A stretch of DNA of 28,378 nt from Clostridia bacterium (GCA_017648525.1 JAGCIP010000042.1:1-28378), one strand, 5' to 3'. Shown: positions 1-11,400, counted from the stretch's first letter. The notes: a model not told the origin generated them from the sequence alone. Program-made: numbers and translations.

Positions 1-771
1 CAAATTCGGCTTTAACGCATCTTTAAGCAATGCCGTCATAGCGCCTTGCGCATTTAATTGACCTGCCGTTACAGGCTTATCGTCATAAGTATAACCAACG
101 ATTATTTTAGATAATCTATTCTTAAGGTCGGTAATAGAAGAAGATAAACAAAGAACAGCCATTATTTCAGACGCAACGGTTATATCGTAACCATCTTCTC
201 TAGGCGTGCCGTTTACCTTTCCACCCAAGCCGTCTACAACTAAACGGAGTTGACGGTCGTTCATATCCACACATCTTTTCCAAGTGATTTTTCTCGGGTC
301 TATATTGAGTGCGTTGCCTTGGTAAATGTGGTTATCAAGCATTGCAGCAAGCAAGTTGTTTGCCGCGCCTATTGCGTGGAAATCCCCTGTAAAGTGCAAG
401 TTAATATCTTCCATAGGTATAACTTGCGCATATCCGCCACCTGCAGCACCGCCTTTTACGCCGAAAACAGGTCCTAAAGACGGCTCACGAAGTGCAACCA
501 TTACGTTTTTACCTATCTTTTTAAGCCCGTCTGCTAAACCTATGGTAGTTGTCGTTTTCCCTTCGCCCGCAGGGGTTGGGGTGATTGCCGTTACTAATAT
601 AAGTTTACCGTTTTTGCGGGGGCTTTCTTTAAGTATAGACAAATCTATTTTTGCTTTATAATTGCCGTATTGTTCAATATATTTGTTTTCAACGCCTGCT
701 CTTTCGGCTATTTTAAGAATATGCTCGGGAATAACGCTTTGGGCTATTTCTATATCGCTTTTATACCCCAT
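1..771 (-). CDS. fhs: Formate--tetrahydrofolate ligase, N-terminal 257 aa; runs off the window edge and is absent from the ORF track
   Basis: Manual translation from ATG at 771 gives [11 protein letters not shown]...[27 protein letters not shown]...[42 protein letters not shown], the FTHFS signature. RBS AAGGAG lies at about 779-784. Confidence 0.97.
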   Translation of the reverse strand, partial: MGYKSDIEIAQSVIPEHILKIAERAGVENKYIEQYGNYKAKIDLSILKESPRKNGKLILVTAITPTPAGEGKTTTTIGLADGLKKIGKNVMVALREPSLGPVFGVKGGAAGGGYAQVIPMEDINLHFTGDFHAIGAANNLLAAMLDNHIYQGNALNIDPRKITWKRCVDMNDRQLRLVVDGLGGKVNGTPREDGYDITVASEIMAVLCLSSSITDLKNRLSKIIVGYTYDDKPVTAGQLNAQGAMTALLKDALKPNL

Positions 772-784
772 ATTTCTTCTCCTT

Positions 785-3700
785 TTACTTAAAATATTTC
801 ACTGCTGATGCAAACATTTTAATGTCGTATTCACCTAAAACGTTCTTGTAAAGTCCGTTACCCGTTCTTTCAGAGTGTCCCATCTTACCAAATACTCTGC
901 CGTCGGGTGAAGTGATACCTTCTATTGCGTAAATAGAGTTGTTAGGATTAAATCTTACGTCGTAAGTAGGATTACCACTCATATCCACGTATTGAGTAGC
1001 AACTTGACCGTTCTTGATAAGTTCATCAATCACAGCGTTAGGCGCAATAAATCTACCTTCACCGTGAGAAATAGGAACGGTATAAACGTCACCAACTTGC
1101 GTGTCCATAAGCCAAGGCGATTTATTAGACGCAATGCGAGTTCTAACAAGCATTGACTGGTGTCTTGCAATAGTGTTAAAGGTAAGAGTCGGCATATCTT
1201 CGGTAACTTCGTCAGTAATCTTTCCGTAAGGAACTAATCCCAACTTAATAAGCGCTTGGAAACCGTTACAAATACCGCCCATAAGACCTTTTCTTTGGTC
1301 GAGAAGTTCGGTAACGTTTTCTTTAATAGCCTTGTTCCTAAAGAAAGCGGTAATAAACTTACCAGAACCGTCCGGCTCGTCCCCGCCAGAGAATCCGCCC
1401 GGAACAAAGATTATTTGACTATCTTTAATCTTTTTAGCAAACGCATCTACTGATTCTTTAACGTCAACTAAGTTCTTGATAACAAAAATTTCAACTTCCG
1501 CACCTGCTCTACTAAACGCCTTTTTAGTATCGTATTCGCAGTTAGTGCCAGGGAATACGGGAACTAATACTCTGGGTTTAGCAAACTTAACGGGAGATGT
1601 TGCCCACTCGTTTGCAGTATATGATAATTTAGGAATTTCGCCCTTTGAACTTTCAACGTCGTTACACTTAAACACGCTTTCAAGTTTGTTCTCATAATCA
1701 TTAAGCAATGCGTTAAGTTCAATCTTTTCATTAGCGTAAGAAATTGCATTGTCATCAGTAGTATAACCGATAACGCTTGCCTTTTCTAATTCCGCACCGC
1801 TCTCAAGTTCAACAACGAAACCACCGTAGTTATATCCAAAGATTTCATCAAGTGAAATATTTTCAAACTTAAAGCCAACGCCGTTACCGAACGCCATCTT
1901 CATAACGGCTTCGGCTACGCCACCGTAAGTTAAAGTGTAACAAGCAAGTATTTTCTTTTCAGCGTTGAGTTTTTCTATTAAGCCAAAATTCTCTATTAAA
2001 TCGTTAGTGTCTAAAAGTCCGTCCGCAGTTTTCTTAGCTTTAAGAAGAACAACTTTACTACCCGATTTCTTGAATTCAGGCGTAATAACCTTGTCGAGAT
2101 TATCAGTAGTAACCGCAAATGAAACCAACGTTGGCGGAACGTCTATCTTTTCAAACGAACCACTCATACTGTCCTTTCCGCCGATTGCAGAAAGTTTAAG
2201 TTCTCTTTGGGCACGGAAAGCACCGAGTAACGCAGAACAAGGCTTACCCCAACGACTTGCGTCTTTATTCGGCTTTTCAAAATATTCTTGGAAAGTTAAG
2301 TAAGTATCTTCAAAGGTTGCGCCGGTTGCAATAAGTTTACAAACGCTTTCAATTACGGCGTAATATCCACCGAAAAGCGGGCTCTTTTCCGCAACGAACG
2401 GATTATACCCCCAACTCATAAACGAACAGGTATCGGTGTCGGCATTTTCAACCGAAACCTTGTTTACCATTGCTTGTATAGGCGTGCGTTGATATTTTCC
2501 GCCAAACGGCATAAGCACCGTTCCCGCACCTATAGTTGAGTCAAATCTTTCACTTAATCCACGCTTTGAACATACGTTAAGGTCGGTTGCAAGGTCAACT
2601 ATTCCCTTTTTGAAATCAGCGGGAATAACCTTTTCTTGCATTTCTTGTTTTACTATTTTAACGGCGGTTTTCTTTTCCGCACCGTTAGAGTTAAGGAATT
2701 CTCTTGAAATGTCAACGATAACGTTTCCTTTCCAAGTCATTTTGAGTCTAGCGTCATCCGTAACGGTCGCAACGATTGTAGATTCAAGGTTTTCTTCGGT
2801 TGCAAGGAACATAAATCTTTCAGCATCTTTTGCTTCAACAACAACCGCCATTCTTTCTTGAGATTCGCTGATTGCAAGTTCAGTTCCGTCAAGTCCGTCG
2901 TATTTTTTGGGAACTTTGTCAAGGTCAATGTTAAGTCCGTCTGCAAGTTCGCCGATAGCAACAGAAACACCGCCCGCACCAAAGTCGTTACAACGTTTAA
3001 TAAGCCTAGATGCTTCTTCATTTCTAAACAAGCGTTGTAATTTTCTTTCTTCGGGAGCGTTCCCCTTTTGAACTTCCGCACCACAAGACGAAAGAGATTC
3101 TAAATTGTGAGATTTAGACGAGCCTGTTGCACCACCGCAACCGTCTCTACCCGTTCTTCCGCCAAGTAAAATTACTACGTCTCCTTTAGCGGGAACTTCA
3201 CGACGAACGTTCTTTGCGGGCGCAGCAGCGATAACCGCACCTATTTCCATACGCTTTGCAACGTATCCTTCGTGATAAATTTCATCTACCATACCCGTCG
3301 CAAGACCTATTTGGTTTCCGTAAGATGAATATCCGCTTGCAGCGGTAGTAACGATTTTTCTTTGGGGTAATTTACCCTTTATTGTTTCACTTAAATCCTT
3401 TAACGGATTGCCCGCACCCGTAACACGCATTGCAGCGTAAACGTAACTTCTGCCCGATAACGGGTCACGAATAGCACCACCGATACAAGTTGCAGCACCA
3501 CCAAAAGGCTCAATTTCCGTGGGGTGATTATGCGTTTCGTTCTTAAAGAGCAACAACCAGTCTTGCATTTCCCCGCCAACGTTTACCTTAATCTTAACCG
3601 TACAAGCGTTAATTTCTTCCGAATCGTCTATTTTGGGGAGTGCGCCCGTCTTTTTATGATATCTCGTAGCAATAGTTGCTAAATCCATTAAGTTTACGGG

Positions 3701-4474
3701 TTTAGTTCTGTTAAGTTCCTTTCTCGTGTCAATATATTCTTGATATATTTTTTGCGCCAAATCGTCTTCAAACTCAACGCTTTCAATAGTAGTCAAGAAA
3801 GTTGTATGCCTACAATGGTCTGACCAGTAGGTATCAATCATCTTTATTTCCGTAATAGTCGGGTCCCTATCTTCTTTAATGAAATATGCCTGCAAGAATT
3901 TAAGGTCGTCTATATCCATTGCAAGTCCCTTTTCTTTAAGGAAAGCCGAAAGTTTATCAAGGTCGTACTTATTAAACCCAACCAACGTTTCAACCGTTTC
4001 AGGCAAGTCGTAACTAAGAGCAAGCGTTTGCTTTTCAGCAAGGTCGGCTTCTCTACACTCAACGGGGTTGATAACGTATTTTTTGATAGCCGAAAGTTCT
4101 TCTTCGGTTAAGTTACCGTTAATTGCGTAAACCTTTGCCGTTTTAACGGTAGGGCGATTCCCTGCCGAAAATAATTGAATACATTGTGCGCAAGAATCCG
4201 CCCTTTGGTCAAACTGACCGGGTAAAGGCTCAACTGCAAAAAGGTAGTCAGCGTTGGGTAATTTTGTAAACGCATCGTCAATTTGCGGTTCTGAAAAAAC
4301 TGAATTTATACATTTATCAAATAAATCTTTTTGTATATCTTCAACGTCGTAACGATTTATTACCGACAAACTTTTAACGCCGTCTATTTTCAAAAGGTTT
4401 AATATTTCGCTCTTTAACGCATTTGCTTCTAATGCGTAATCAGGTTTTTTTGCAACGTAAATTCTGTATACCAT
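785..4474 (-). CDS. purL: Phosphoribosylformylglycinamidine synthase, long form with fused C-terminal glutaminase domain
   Basis: 1229 aa with WSDHCRH, ETHNHPT, DFGAGG, SESQER and GGKDSMSG motifs. The GATase domain keeps GGFSGGD, GICNGFQ (catalytic Cys) and GHSER (His-x-Glu). Its start overlaps the purD stop by 1 nt. Confidence 0.97.
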   Translation of the reverse strand: MVYRIYVAKKPDYALEANALKSEILNLLKIDGVKSLSVINRYDVEDIQKDLFDKCINSVFSEPQIDDAFTKLPNADYLFAVEPLPGQFDQRADSCAQCIQLFSAGNRPTVKTAKVYAINGNLTEEELSAIKKYVINPVECREADLAEKQTLALSYDLPETVETLVGFNKYDLDKLSAFLKEKGLAMDIDDLKFLQAYFIKEDRDPTITEIKMIDTYWSDHCRHTTFLTTIESVEFEDDLAQKIYQEYIDTRKELNRTKPVNLMDLATIATRYHKKTGALPKIDDSEEINACTVKIKVNVGGEMQDWLLLFKNETHNHPTEIEPFGGAATCIGGAIRDPLSGRSYVYAAMRVTGAGNPLKDLSETIKGKLPQRKIVTTAASGYSSYGNQIGLATGMVDEIYHEGYVAKRMEIGAVIAAAPAKNVRREVPAKGDVVILLGGRTGRDGCGGATGSSKSHNLESLSSCGAEVQKGNAPEERKLQRLFRNEEASRLIKRCNDFGAGGVSVAIGELADGLNIDLDKVPKKYDGLDGTELAISESQERMAVVVEAKDAERFMFLATEENLESTIVATVTDDARLKMTWKGNVIVDISREFLNSNGAEKKTAVKIVKQEMQEKVIPADFKKGIVDLATDLNVCSKRGLSERFDSTIGAGTVLMPFGGKYQRTPIQAMVNKVSVENADTDTCSFMSWGYNPFVAEKSPLFGGYYAVIESVCKLIATGATFEDTYLTFQEYFEKPNKDASRWGKPCSALLGAFRAQRELKLSAIGGKDSMSGSFEKIDVPPTLVSFAVTTDNLDKVITPEFKKSGSKVVLLKAKKTADGLLDTNDLIENFGLIEKLNAEKKILACYTLTYGGVAEAVMKMAFGNGVGFKFENISLDEIFGYNYGGFVVELESGAELEKASVIGYTTDDNAISYANEKIELNALLNDYENKLESVFKCNDVESSKGEIPKLSYTANEWATSPVKFAKPRVLVPVFPGTNCEYDTKKAFSRAGAEVEIFVIKNLVDVKESVDAFAKKIKDSQIIFVPGGFSGGDEPDGSGKFITAFFRNKAIKENVTELLDQRKGLMGGICNGFQALIKLGLVPYGKITDEVTEDMPTLTFNTIARHQSMLVRTRIASNKSPWLMDTQVGDVYTVPISHGEGRFIAPNAVIDELIKNGQVATQYVDMSGNPTYDVRFNPNNSIYAIEGITSPDGRVFGKMGHSERTGNGLYKNVLGEYDIKMFASAVKYFK

Positions 4475-5745
4475 TATATTTTTTCTCCGTATGCTTTAAG
4501 CGCACGCTTTCCTATATCAGTTCTATAATAAGCGTTTGCAAATTTTATTTTATCAACTTTTTTATACGCTTTCTTAATTGCTTTTTTAAGGTCGTATGCT
4601 ACTGCGGTAACACCAAGAACTCTACCACCGTTTGTCAAAAGTTTTCCGCCGTCTAATTTAGCGCCCGCAACAAAAACGTTTTTCCTGCTCGTCTTAAAGG
4701 TTATCTCAAATCCTTTGTCGTATTTTTCGGGGTAGCCTTTGCTAGCCATAATAACGCAACAAGCGGATTTTTTCTTAAATTCCACTTTGACTTCTGCCAA
4801 CCTTTCTTCTGCAACCGCTTGCATAATTTCTAATAGGTCGGTTTTAAGTAATGGCAACACTACTTGGGTTTCGGGGTCGCCAAAACGACAGTTATACTCT
4901 ATTACTTTTGGTCCTTTCGGGGTAAGCATAAGCCCAAAATACAAGCACCCCTTAAAGGTTCTACCTTCCTTGTTCATTGCTTCCATAGTGGGAATAAAAA
5001 TCTTTTCCATACACTCTTTCGCAACGCTATTCGTGTAATAAGGATTAGGAGCAACCGTTCCCATACCGCCCGTGTTTAGCCCCTTGTCGTCGTCTAGCGC
5101 ACGCTTATGGTCCATAGAAGAAATCATAGGCACTAAAGTCTTTCCGTCCGTAAAAGAAAGAACGGAAACTTCTGGGCCTGTTAAAAATTCTTCAATAACC
5201 ACGTTGCTACCAGATGCACCGAAAACCTTGTCTTCCATCATAGACTTAACGGCGTTTTTAGCGTCATCTAAATTTTCAGCAATGATTACGCCCTTGCCAA
5301 GCGCAAGCCCGTCCGCCTTAATAACTATGGGCATATCGCATTTTTCAAGATATGAAAGAGCGTCGTCCATATTAGAAAACGTTTCATATTCAGCGGTTGG
5401 AATACCGTACTTTTTCATAAGGTTTTTAGAGAAAATCTTGCTACCTTCAATGATTGCCGCTTCTTTAGTAGGTCCAAAGCAAGGTATTCCCTTTTCATTT
5501 AATAAATTTACCGCACCAAGCACTAACGGATCGTCTGGAGCAACTACGGCAAAATCTATTTTATTTTGTTCTGCCCAGTCTGCCACCTTTTGAACGTCTT
5601 TTACGTCCATATCAACGGTAATTGCGTCGTTTGCAATCCCGCCGTTACCAGCAATAGCGTAAATCTCTTTAATTTTTTTGCTTTTCTTTAAACTTTGGAT
5701 AATGGCGTGTTCTCTACCACCGTTTCCAACAACTAAAATTTTCAT
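4474..5745 (-). CDS. purD: Phosphoribosylamine--glycine ligase
   Basis: MKILVVGNGGREHA, EGSKIFSK, KADGLALGKGV, GLNTGGMG and EYNCRFGDPETQ motifs. Confidence 0.98.
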   Translation of the reverse strand: MKILVVGNGGREHAIIQSLKKSKKIKEIYAIAGNGGIANDAITVDMDVKDVQKVADWAEQNKIDFAVVAPDDPLVLGAVNLLNEKGIPCFGPTKEAAIIEGSKIFSKNLMKKYGIPTAEYETFSNMDDALSYLEKCDMPIVIKADGLALGKGVIIAENLDDAKNAVKSMMEDKVFGASGSNVVIEEFLTGPEVSVLSFTDGKTLVPMISSMDHKRALDDDKGLNTGGMGTVAPNPYYTNSVAKECMEKIFIPTMEAMNKEGRTFKGCLYFGLMLTPKGPKVIEYNCRFGDPETQVVLPLLKTDLLEIMQAVAEERLAEVKVEFKKKSACCVIMASKGYPEKYDKGFEITFKTSRKNVFVAGAKLDGGKLLTNGGRVLGVTAVAYDLKKAIKKAYKKVDKIKFANAYYRTDIGKRALKAYGEKI

Positions 5746-5760
5746 ATTTTATCTCCGATA

Positions 5761-6948
5761 TTAATGGTGGAAAAGGCGCATTCCTGTAAACGCCATAACC
5801 ATATCTATTTGGTCACAAGCATCAATAACCACGTCGTCCCTTACAGAGCCACCGGGTTGTGCTATATAACTAACGCCACTCTTTGCCGCCCTTTCGATAT
5901 TGTCGCTGAACGGGAAAAATGCGTCCGAGCCAAGTGCAACACCGCTAATTTTGGATAAAAAAACTTTCTTTTCTTCTCTAGTAAAGAGGGACGGCTTTTC
6001 GGTAAAATATTTTTGCCATACGCCATCAACCAAAAGGTCTTCACACTCGTCTGAAACGTAAATATCGATAACGTTATTACGGTCAGGTCTACCAAGCGTG
6101 GGCAAGAAAGGTAAGTTCAACACCTTTTCACTTTGACGCAAGAACCAGTTATCCGCTTTGCTACCTGCAAGGCGGGTACAATGTATTCTTGATTGTTGAC
6201 CAGCGCCGACGCCGATTGCTTGCCCACCGTGAGCAAAGCACACCGAGTTAGATTGCGTGTATTTTAAGGTGATAAGTGCAACGATTAAATCTTGAATTGC
6301 GCTTTCGGGTAAGTTTTTATTTTTAGTAACGAGTTCTTTTGTTACTAATTCTCTATCAATTTTGAAATTGTTTCTGCCTTGTTCAAAAGTAATGCCGAAA
6401 ACTTGTTTAATTTCCTTTTCTTCAGGCACGTAGTCTGGGTCGATTTGAACGACGTTGTAAGTTCCGTTTCTCTTTGCTTTTAAAATTTCAAGAGCCTTGG
6501 GAGAATAAGACGGAGCTATAATACCATCTGAAACTTCACGCTTAATAATGGTAGCGGTAACTTCGTCACACTCATCTGAAAGAGCAATCCAGTCACCGAA
6601 AGAACTCATTCTATCCGTACCCCTTGCCCTTGCGTAAGCACAAGCGATAGGCGAATCGTCTAAACCAGCAATATCATCAACAAAGCACGCCTTTTTAACC
6701 ACTTCTGAAAGTTTTTCGCCAACAGCAGCACCTGCAGGAGAAACGTGCTTAAAAGAAGTTGCACAAGGTTTGCCCGTTGCTTCTTTAAGTTCTTTAACCA
6801 ACTGCCAAGAGTTAAACGCATCTAAGAAGTTTATGTATCCGGGTTTACCGTTCAAAATGGTTACGGGAAGTTCTTTTCCGTTAGCCATATATATCTTCGC
6901 GGGTTTTTGATTAGGGTTACAACCGTATTTTAATTCAAATTCATTCAT
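5761..6948 (-). CDS. purH: AICAR transformylase, short PurH lacking the N-terminal IMP cyclohydrolase domain
   Basis: 395 aa beginning at LKYGCNPNQ (the transformylase LRYGENPHQ-like start). Contains KHVSPAG, GVGAGQQSRI, SDAFFPF and QPGGSVRD. Confidence 0.92.
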   Translation of the reverse strand: MNEFELKYGCNPNQKPAKIYMANGKELPVTILNGKPGYINFLDAFNSWQLVKELKEATGKPCATSFKHVSPAGAAVGEKLSEVVKKACFVDDIAGLDDSPIACAYARARGTDRMSSFGDWIALSDECDEVTATIIKREVSDGIIAPSYSPKALEILKAKRNGTYNVVQIDPDYVPEEKEIKQVFGITFEQGRNNFKIDRELVTKELVTKNKNLPESAIQDLIVALITLKYTQSNSVCFAHGGQAIGVGAGQQSRIHCTRLAGSKADNWFLRQSEKVLNLPFLPTLGRPDRNNVIDIYVSDECEDLLVDGVWQKYFTEKPSLFTREEKKVFLSKISGVALGSDAFFPFSDNIERAAKSGVSYIAQPGGSVRDDVVIDACDQIDMVMAFTGMRLFHH

Positions 6949-6968
6949 AATCGACTCCTAATTTTATC

Positions 6969-7688
6969 TTACTTGTTTTTGTTTATCAAAATATTGTCTT
7001 CTTTGCCCGTTTGTAAATCTATGTAACGAACGTAAAGTGAAATTTTATTTTCTTCGTTAAGATTTTCCCAAATATCGTCTGCAAGTTCTTTTGCCGTGTT
7101 GGGAAGAAGAACTCTTTCAGGTTCACCTTCAAAGGTAGGAATAGGATTGCCGTCGTGCTTATAAGTGTGAATAAAATGTCCTATACCTTGTAAAGCCGAA
7201 TAATCAAAGGTAAATCTATTGCAAGACGTGCCTATATCGTCAGACGCCTTTAATATACTCATACAATAATCAAAATCGTTACCGTTAAAGGTTAACATAC
7301 CACTAATACGGGGAGTATAGTTGGGCGCATCTGGTTCAAATTCACGAGTCGCAAGCGCCTTTCTAAAACATTTGCCTTCTTTAACGAAATCGTAAATGGT
7401 ATCAGTTTGGTTACCGTTGGTAACAATTACTTTATTGTCGATAACTCTAATCGGTGAATAAATGATTAAAGTGGGGTCTCCCGCTTTTTCAGCATCAAAC
7501 GGATAAATAGTAACGTCTTTACCTTGTTCAACGAAAACACGGTTACGACTGTTTGCGCTTCTACCCATTATAAAGTAAGCGATACACGCACTCTTTCCAT
7601 CTTCACTCTTACCTATTACTATACCTCTACCAACGTAAGGGTTACCGTTTATAAGATTACCCATAGTTTGTGCTTTAACTACGCTCAT
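6969..7688 (-). CDS. Stand-alone IMP cyclohydrolase-like protein (PurO-like, Ntn-hydrolase fold)
   Basis: N-terminal YVGRGIVIG, YFIMGRSANSRNR, NGNQTD and EPDAPNYTPRISG match the archaeal-type IMP cyclohydrolase family. It lies directly upstream of the short purH. Confidence 0.85.
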   Translation of the reverse strand: MSVVKAQTMGNLINGNPYVGRGIVIGKSEDGKSACIAYFIMGRSANSRNRVFVEQGKDVTIYPFDAEKAGDPTLIIYSPIRVIDNKVIVTNGNQTDTIYDFVKEGKCFRKALATREFEPDAPNYTPRISGMLTFNGNDFDYCMSILKASDDIGTSCNRFTFDYSALQGIGHFIHTYKHDGNPIPTFEGEPERVLLPNTAKELADDIWENLNEENKISLYVRYIDLQTGKEDNILINKNK

Positions 7689-7689
7689 T

Positions 7690-8298
7690 TTAATTCTCCT
7701 TTAATAACTTTTTGCATACTAATTCAAGTGAGGCTGGCAAAATTTTCCACTCTGCCTCTTGCATAACTCTTTTTTGTAATGACTCGGGAGTATCGTTTTC
7801 TTTAACTTTCACGGCACGTTGCATAATGATTTTACCACCGTCTGCAACTTCGTTTACGTAATGCACGGTTGCACCCGTTACTTTTACGCCGTAATCAAGC
7901 GCCGCTTGATGTACCCTAAGCCCATAATAACCTTCACCGCAAAAACTTGGAATAAGTGCGGGATGAACGTTTATTATTCTATCTTTATACTTATCGGTAA
8001 AATTCTTTGACAAGATACTCATAAACCCTGCAAGCACTATCACTTCTGCATTGCACTCTTCAAGTTCTAAAAGTATTCCCTTTTCAAATTCTTCTTGACT
8101 TTTACCTTTTCTTTCAACCACAGCGGTGGGAATTTCCGCATCAAACGCACGTTCTAACGCATACACCCCCGCCTTGCTTGAAATAACTTTTACAATTTTT
8201 CCGCTTTCTAATCTACCTTCCGCAGAAAAATCTATTATTGCCTGTAAATTAGTTCCGCCACCCGAAACTAACACGGCAACGTTAACCGATTTTTTCAT
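7690..8298 (-). CDS. purN: Phosphoribosylglycinamide formyltransferase
   Basis: VLVSGGGTNLQAI, VLAGFM, INVHPALIPSF and TGATVHYV motifs. Confidence 0.97.
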   Translation of the reverse strand: MKKSVNVAVLVSGGGTNLQAIIDFSAEGRLESGKIVKVISSKAGVYALERAFDAEIPTAVVERKGKSQEEFEKGILLELEECNAEVIVLAGFMSILSKNFTDKYKDRIINVHPALIPSFCGEGYYGLRVHQAALDYGVKVTGATVHYVNEVADGGKIIMQRAVKVKENDTPESLQKRVMQEAEWKILPASLELVCKKLLKEN

Positions 8299-8319
8299 AA
8301 GTCCTTCCGCCTTTATCTA

Positions 8320-9354
8320 TTAGCAAATGATAATCTTATCGTTAGACTTAATAATTTCGCCCATAATATAAGCATCTTCACCGTTTTTGCGGAGAATTGA
8401 AATTGCCTTATCAGCATCTTTCTTAGATACTACAACGCTCATACCAACGCCCATGTTAAAGGTGTTGAACATATCTCTTTCGCAAATTCCGCCGGTTTTT
8501 GCAAGCATATCGAATACGGGAAGAATTTTAACTGCCTTCTTTTCGATTTTTGCGCCAAAGCCGTCTGGAATACTTCTTGGAATATTTTCGTAAAAACCAC
8601 CACCGGTAATATGTGATATAGCCTTAACCTTAACTTTGTCAACCAAAGCAAGTATAGGTTTAACGTAAATTCTGGTGGGGGTTAAAAGGGTTTCGCCAAG
8701 GCTCTTTCCACCAAGTGCTTCAAGCGGAGTTTTGATGTCGGCTTTCTCAACGTCGAATACCTTTCTAACAAGTGAGAAACCGTTGCTATGTACACCCGTT
8801 GAAGGGAGCGCAATAATAACGTCGCCTTCTTGCATGCTTTTATTGTTTAATATTTTCTTTTTATCAACTACACCAACCGAAAAACCAGCCAAATCGTATT
8901 CATCAACAGGATAGAAACCTGGCATTTCCGCAGTTTCGCCACCGATAAGCGCACAACCTGCTTGAACGCAACCTTCTGCAACGCCTTCCACGATAGATGC
9001 AACACGTTCGGGAACGTTTTTACCAACAGCGATATAATCCAAGAAGAACAAGGGTTTTGCTCCACAACAAATAACGTCGTTAACACACATTGCAACACAG
9101 TCGATACCAACCGTGTTATGCTTGTCCATTAAGAACGCTATTTTAAGTTTTGTTCCAACACCGTCCGTTCCACTAACTAATACGGGGTTTTTAACTTTGC
9201 CAAGTTCAAATAAGCCACCAAAACCACCTATGTCCGAACAAACGCCGTCAGTCATAGTTCTTTTGATGTGGCTTTTCATAAGTTCAACTGCTTTGTAACC
9301 TGCGGTAATATCAACGCCCGCCGCCTTGTAACTTTCGCTAAAACTCTTTTCCAT
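8320..9354 (-). CDS. purM: Phosphoribosylaminoimidazole (AIR) synthetase
   Basis: [43 protein letters not shown] and TFNMGVG motifs. Confidence 0.98.
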   Translation of the reverse strand: MEKSFSESYKAAGVDITAGYKAVELMKSHIKRTMTDGVCSDIGGFGGLFELGKVKNPVLVSGTDGVGTKLKIAFLMDKHNTVGIDCVAMCVNDVICCGAKPLFFLDYIAVGKNVPERVASIVEGVAEGCVQAGCALIGGETAEMPGFYPVDEYDLAGFSVGVVDKKKILNNKSMQEGDVIIALPSTGVHSNGFSLVRKVFDVEKADIKTPLEALGGKSLGETLLTPTRIYVKPILALVDKVKVKAISHITGGGFYENIPRSIPDGFGAKIEKKAVKILPVFDMLAKTGGICERDMFNTFNMGVGMSVVVSKKDADKAISILRKNGEDAYIMGEIIKSNDKIIIC

Positions 9355-9369
9355 AATTTTTCTCCTTAA

Positions 9370-10818
9370 TTAATCGTGTCTTTTAGTCTTTTCTTCAATG
9401 TTGATTTTTGTTTCAAATTTATTCTTTTCTTCTTCTAACGGAATTTCCGTTGAATATCTTCCGTCAAAACAAGCGTAGCAGAATTTATTTTTGCCACCGC
9501 ACGTCGCTATCTTTTTAAGGTCTTCTAAATCCAAATAACCAAGCGTGTCCACACCAACCATTTCTTTTATTTCTTCTAAAGAGTAGTTGTTTGCAATAAG
9601 CACGTCCTTACTCTTAATGTCCGTTCCATAATAACAAGGGAATAAGAACGGCGGAGAAGATACCATAAAATGCACTTCGGTTGCGCCCGCTTCCCTTAAA
9701 AGTTTAACTACTCTACCGCTGGTCGTTCCCCTAACGATAGAATCGTCCACCATAACTACTCTCTTACCTTTTACCGCAGATGCAACGGGATTAAGTTTTT
9801 TTCTTACTTGGTCTTCCCTGTCCTTTTGGTCGGGGAATATAAACGTTCTTCCTATGTATTTATTTTTAAGGAAACCGAGTTCGTAAGGAATACCAGATTC
9901 TCTTGCATACCCAAGCGCTGCGTCGTTCCCAGAATCTGGAACGCTTATAACCACGTCTGCCTCAACGGGATATTTCCTTGCAAGATATTTACCCATTTCA
10001 AGCCTTGCTTCGTGAACGGAATATCCGTCTATAACCGAATCAGGACGAGCGTTGTATACAAATTCAAATATACAAGACGACATAGTCTTTTTTTCGCAAT
10101 TTTCACTCATTGAGCGAACGCCCATCGAATCAAAAACAACAACTTCACCCGGCTTAACGTCCCTAACTAATTTTGCACCAACCGAATCTAATGCACAACT
10201 TTCAGATGCAACTACGTAAGACCCGTCTTCCGTAACACCATAACACAAAGGCCTAAACCCGTGCGGGTCACGCGCTGCAATTAACTTTGTCGGCGACATG
10301 ACTACTATGCAATAAGCACCTTCAAGTTTATCCATAACTCCAAGAACTGCATGCTCAATAGACGGCTTTTTAAGTCTTTCTTTAATAATCTCGTACGCTA
10401 TAACTTCGGTTGCGCCTGTCGAGTGGAAAATAGAACCTTCTAATTCTAATTCGGTGCGCAATTTATTTTTATTGATAACGTTGCCGTTATAAGCAATAGC
10501 CATACTACCTTTAACGTGATTTACCACAAGCGGTTGTGCATTTGCTATGTTTATAGAGCCTTTGCTACCCGCACGAACGTGCCCAACTGCTATTTTACCG
10601 TGGCCCAAATTTTCAAGCGCTTCCTTTGAGAAAACGTCTCCAACTAATCCCAAATCCTTTTTCGCAGTAAAAACCCCACCGTCGTTAACGACTATTCCGC
10701 AACTATCTTGTCCACGGTGTTGAAGAGCATATAAACCGTAATAGGTCATACTCGCAAGGTTTTGCACTTTTGACGAGTACACCCCAAAAACGCCACATTC
10801 TTCGTTAATTTTCCTCAT
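9370..10818 (-). CDS. purF: Amidophosphoribosyltransferase (propeptide, 4Fe-4S type) with atypical glutamine-site residues
   Basis: MRKINEE-CGVFG propeptide and Cys nucleophile, QHRGQ, PRPP motif VDDSIVRGTT, and Fe-S-type cysteines in SCIFE, PCYYG and CYAC. Confidence 0.96.
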   Translation of the reverse strand: MRKINEECGVFGVYSSKVQNLASMTYYGLYALQHRGQDSCGIVVNDGGVFTAKKDLGLVGDVFSKEALENLGHGKIAVGHVRAGSKGSINIANAQPLVVNHVKGSMAIAYNGNVINKNKLRTELELEGSIFHSTGATEVIAYEIIKERLKKPSIEHAVLGVMDKLEGAYCIVVMSPTKLIAARDPHGFRPLCYGVTEDGSYVVASESCALDSVGAKLVRDVKPGEVVVFDSMGVRSMSENCEKKTMSSCIFEFVYNARPDSVIDGYSVHEARLEMGKYLARKYPVEADVVISVPDSGNDAALGYARESGIPYELGFLKNKYIGRTFIFPDQKDREDQVRKKLNPVASAVKGKRVVMVDDSIVRGTTSGRVVKLLREAGATEVHFMVSSPPFLFPCYYGTDIKSKDVLIANNYSLEEIKEMVGVDTLGYLDLEDLKKIATCGGKNKFCYACFDGRYSTEIPLEEEKNKFETKINIEEKTKRHD

Positions 10819-10908
10819 AAAGCCTCCAAAAACATCTCTTATAAAACAAAGAAAAGTGAATCAAAAAAGTTCACTCTTCATTTTGCGACAACGTAAACGC
10901 ACCGCAAT

Positions 10909-11400
10909 TTAACGGTACTTTTCGTTTATTTCTTTATCTTTTTCTAAAATCTTTTGCTTTTTGCTATCTCTTGCCGATTGCAATTTTTCAGCAAGGCTTG
11001 CGTCTTCAACGGCAAGTATCTGTATTGCTAAAAGCGCAGCGTTTTCAGCACCGTCTATCGCAACCGTTGCAACTGGTATGCCAGCGGGCATTTGCACGGT
11101 TGATAAAAGTGCGTCTATTCCTTCAAGCGCAGATGCTTTAATAGGAATACCGATTACTGGTAAAGTAGTGTTTGCAGCAATTGCTCCTGCAAGATGCGCT
11201 GCTTTTCCCGCTGCGGCAATTATAACGCCGATTCCGTTATCTCTTGCACTAGCCGTAAATTCTTTTGCCTCCACAGGTGTGCGGTGTGCCGAAAAAATAT
11301 GAACTTCGGTTGAAACACCGTAATCTTTAAGCGTGGTTATTGCTTTTTCAACCACTTTTAAGTCGCTATCGCTACCCATAATTACTGCTACTTTCTTCAT
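10909..11400 (-). CDS. purE: N5-CAIR mutase / AIR carboxylase
   Basis: IMGSDSD, SAHRTP, AAHLAG, PVIGIP and [14 protein letters not shown] motifs. Confidence 0.97.
   Translation of the reverse strand: MKKVAVIMGSDSDLKVVEKAITTLKDYGVSTEVHIFSAHRTPVEAKEFTASARDNGIGVIIAAAGKAAHLAGAIAANTTLPVIGIPIKASALEGIDALLSTVQMPAGIPVATVAIDGAENAALLAIQILAVEDASLAEKLQSARDSKKQKILEKDKEINEKYR

Noticed and set aside
250-661. Plus-strand ORFs of 75 and 111 aa
   Set aside because: They are antisense shadows of fhs, which the track missed because it lacks a stop inside the window.
5072-5593. 173-aa plus-strand ORF
   Set aside because: It lies wholly antisense to purD, has a Ser/Thr-rich shadow composition and no RBS.
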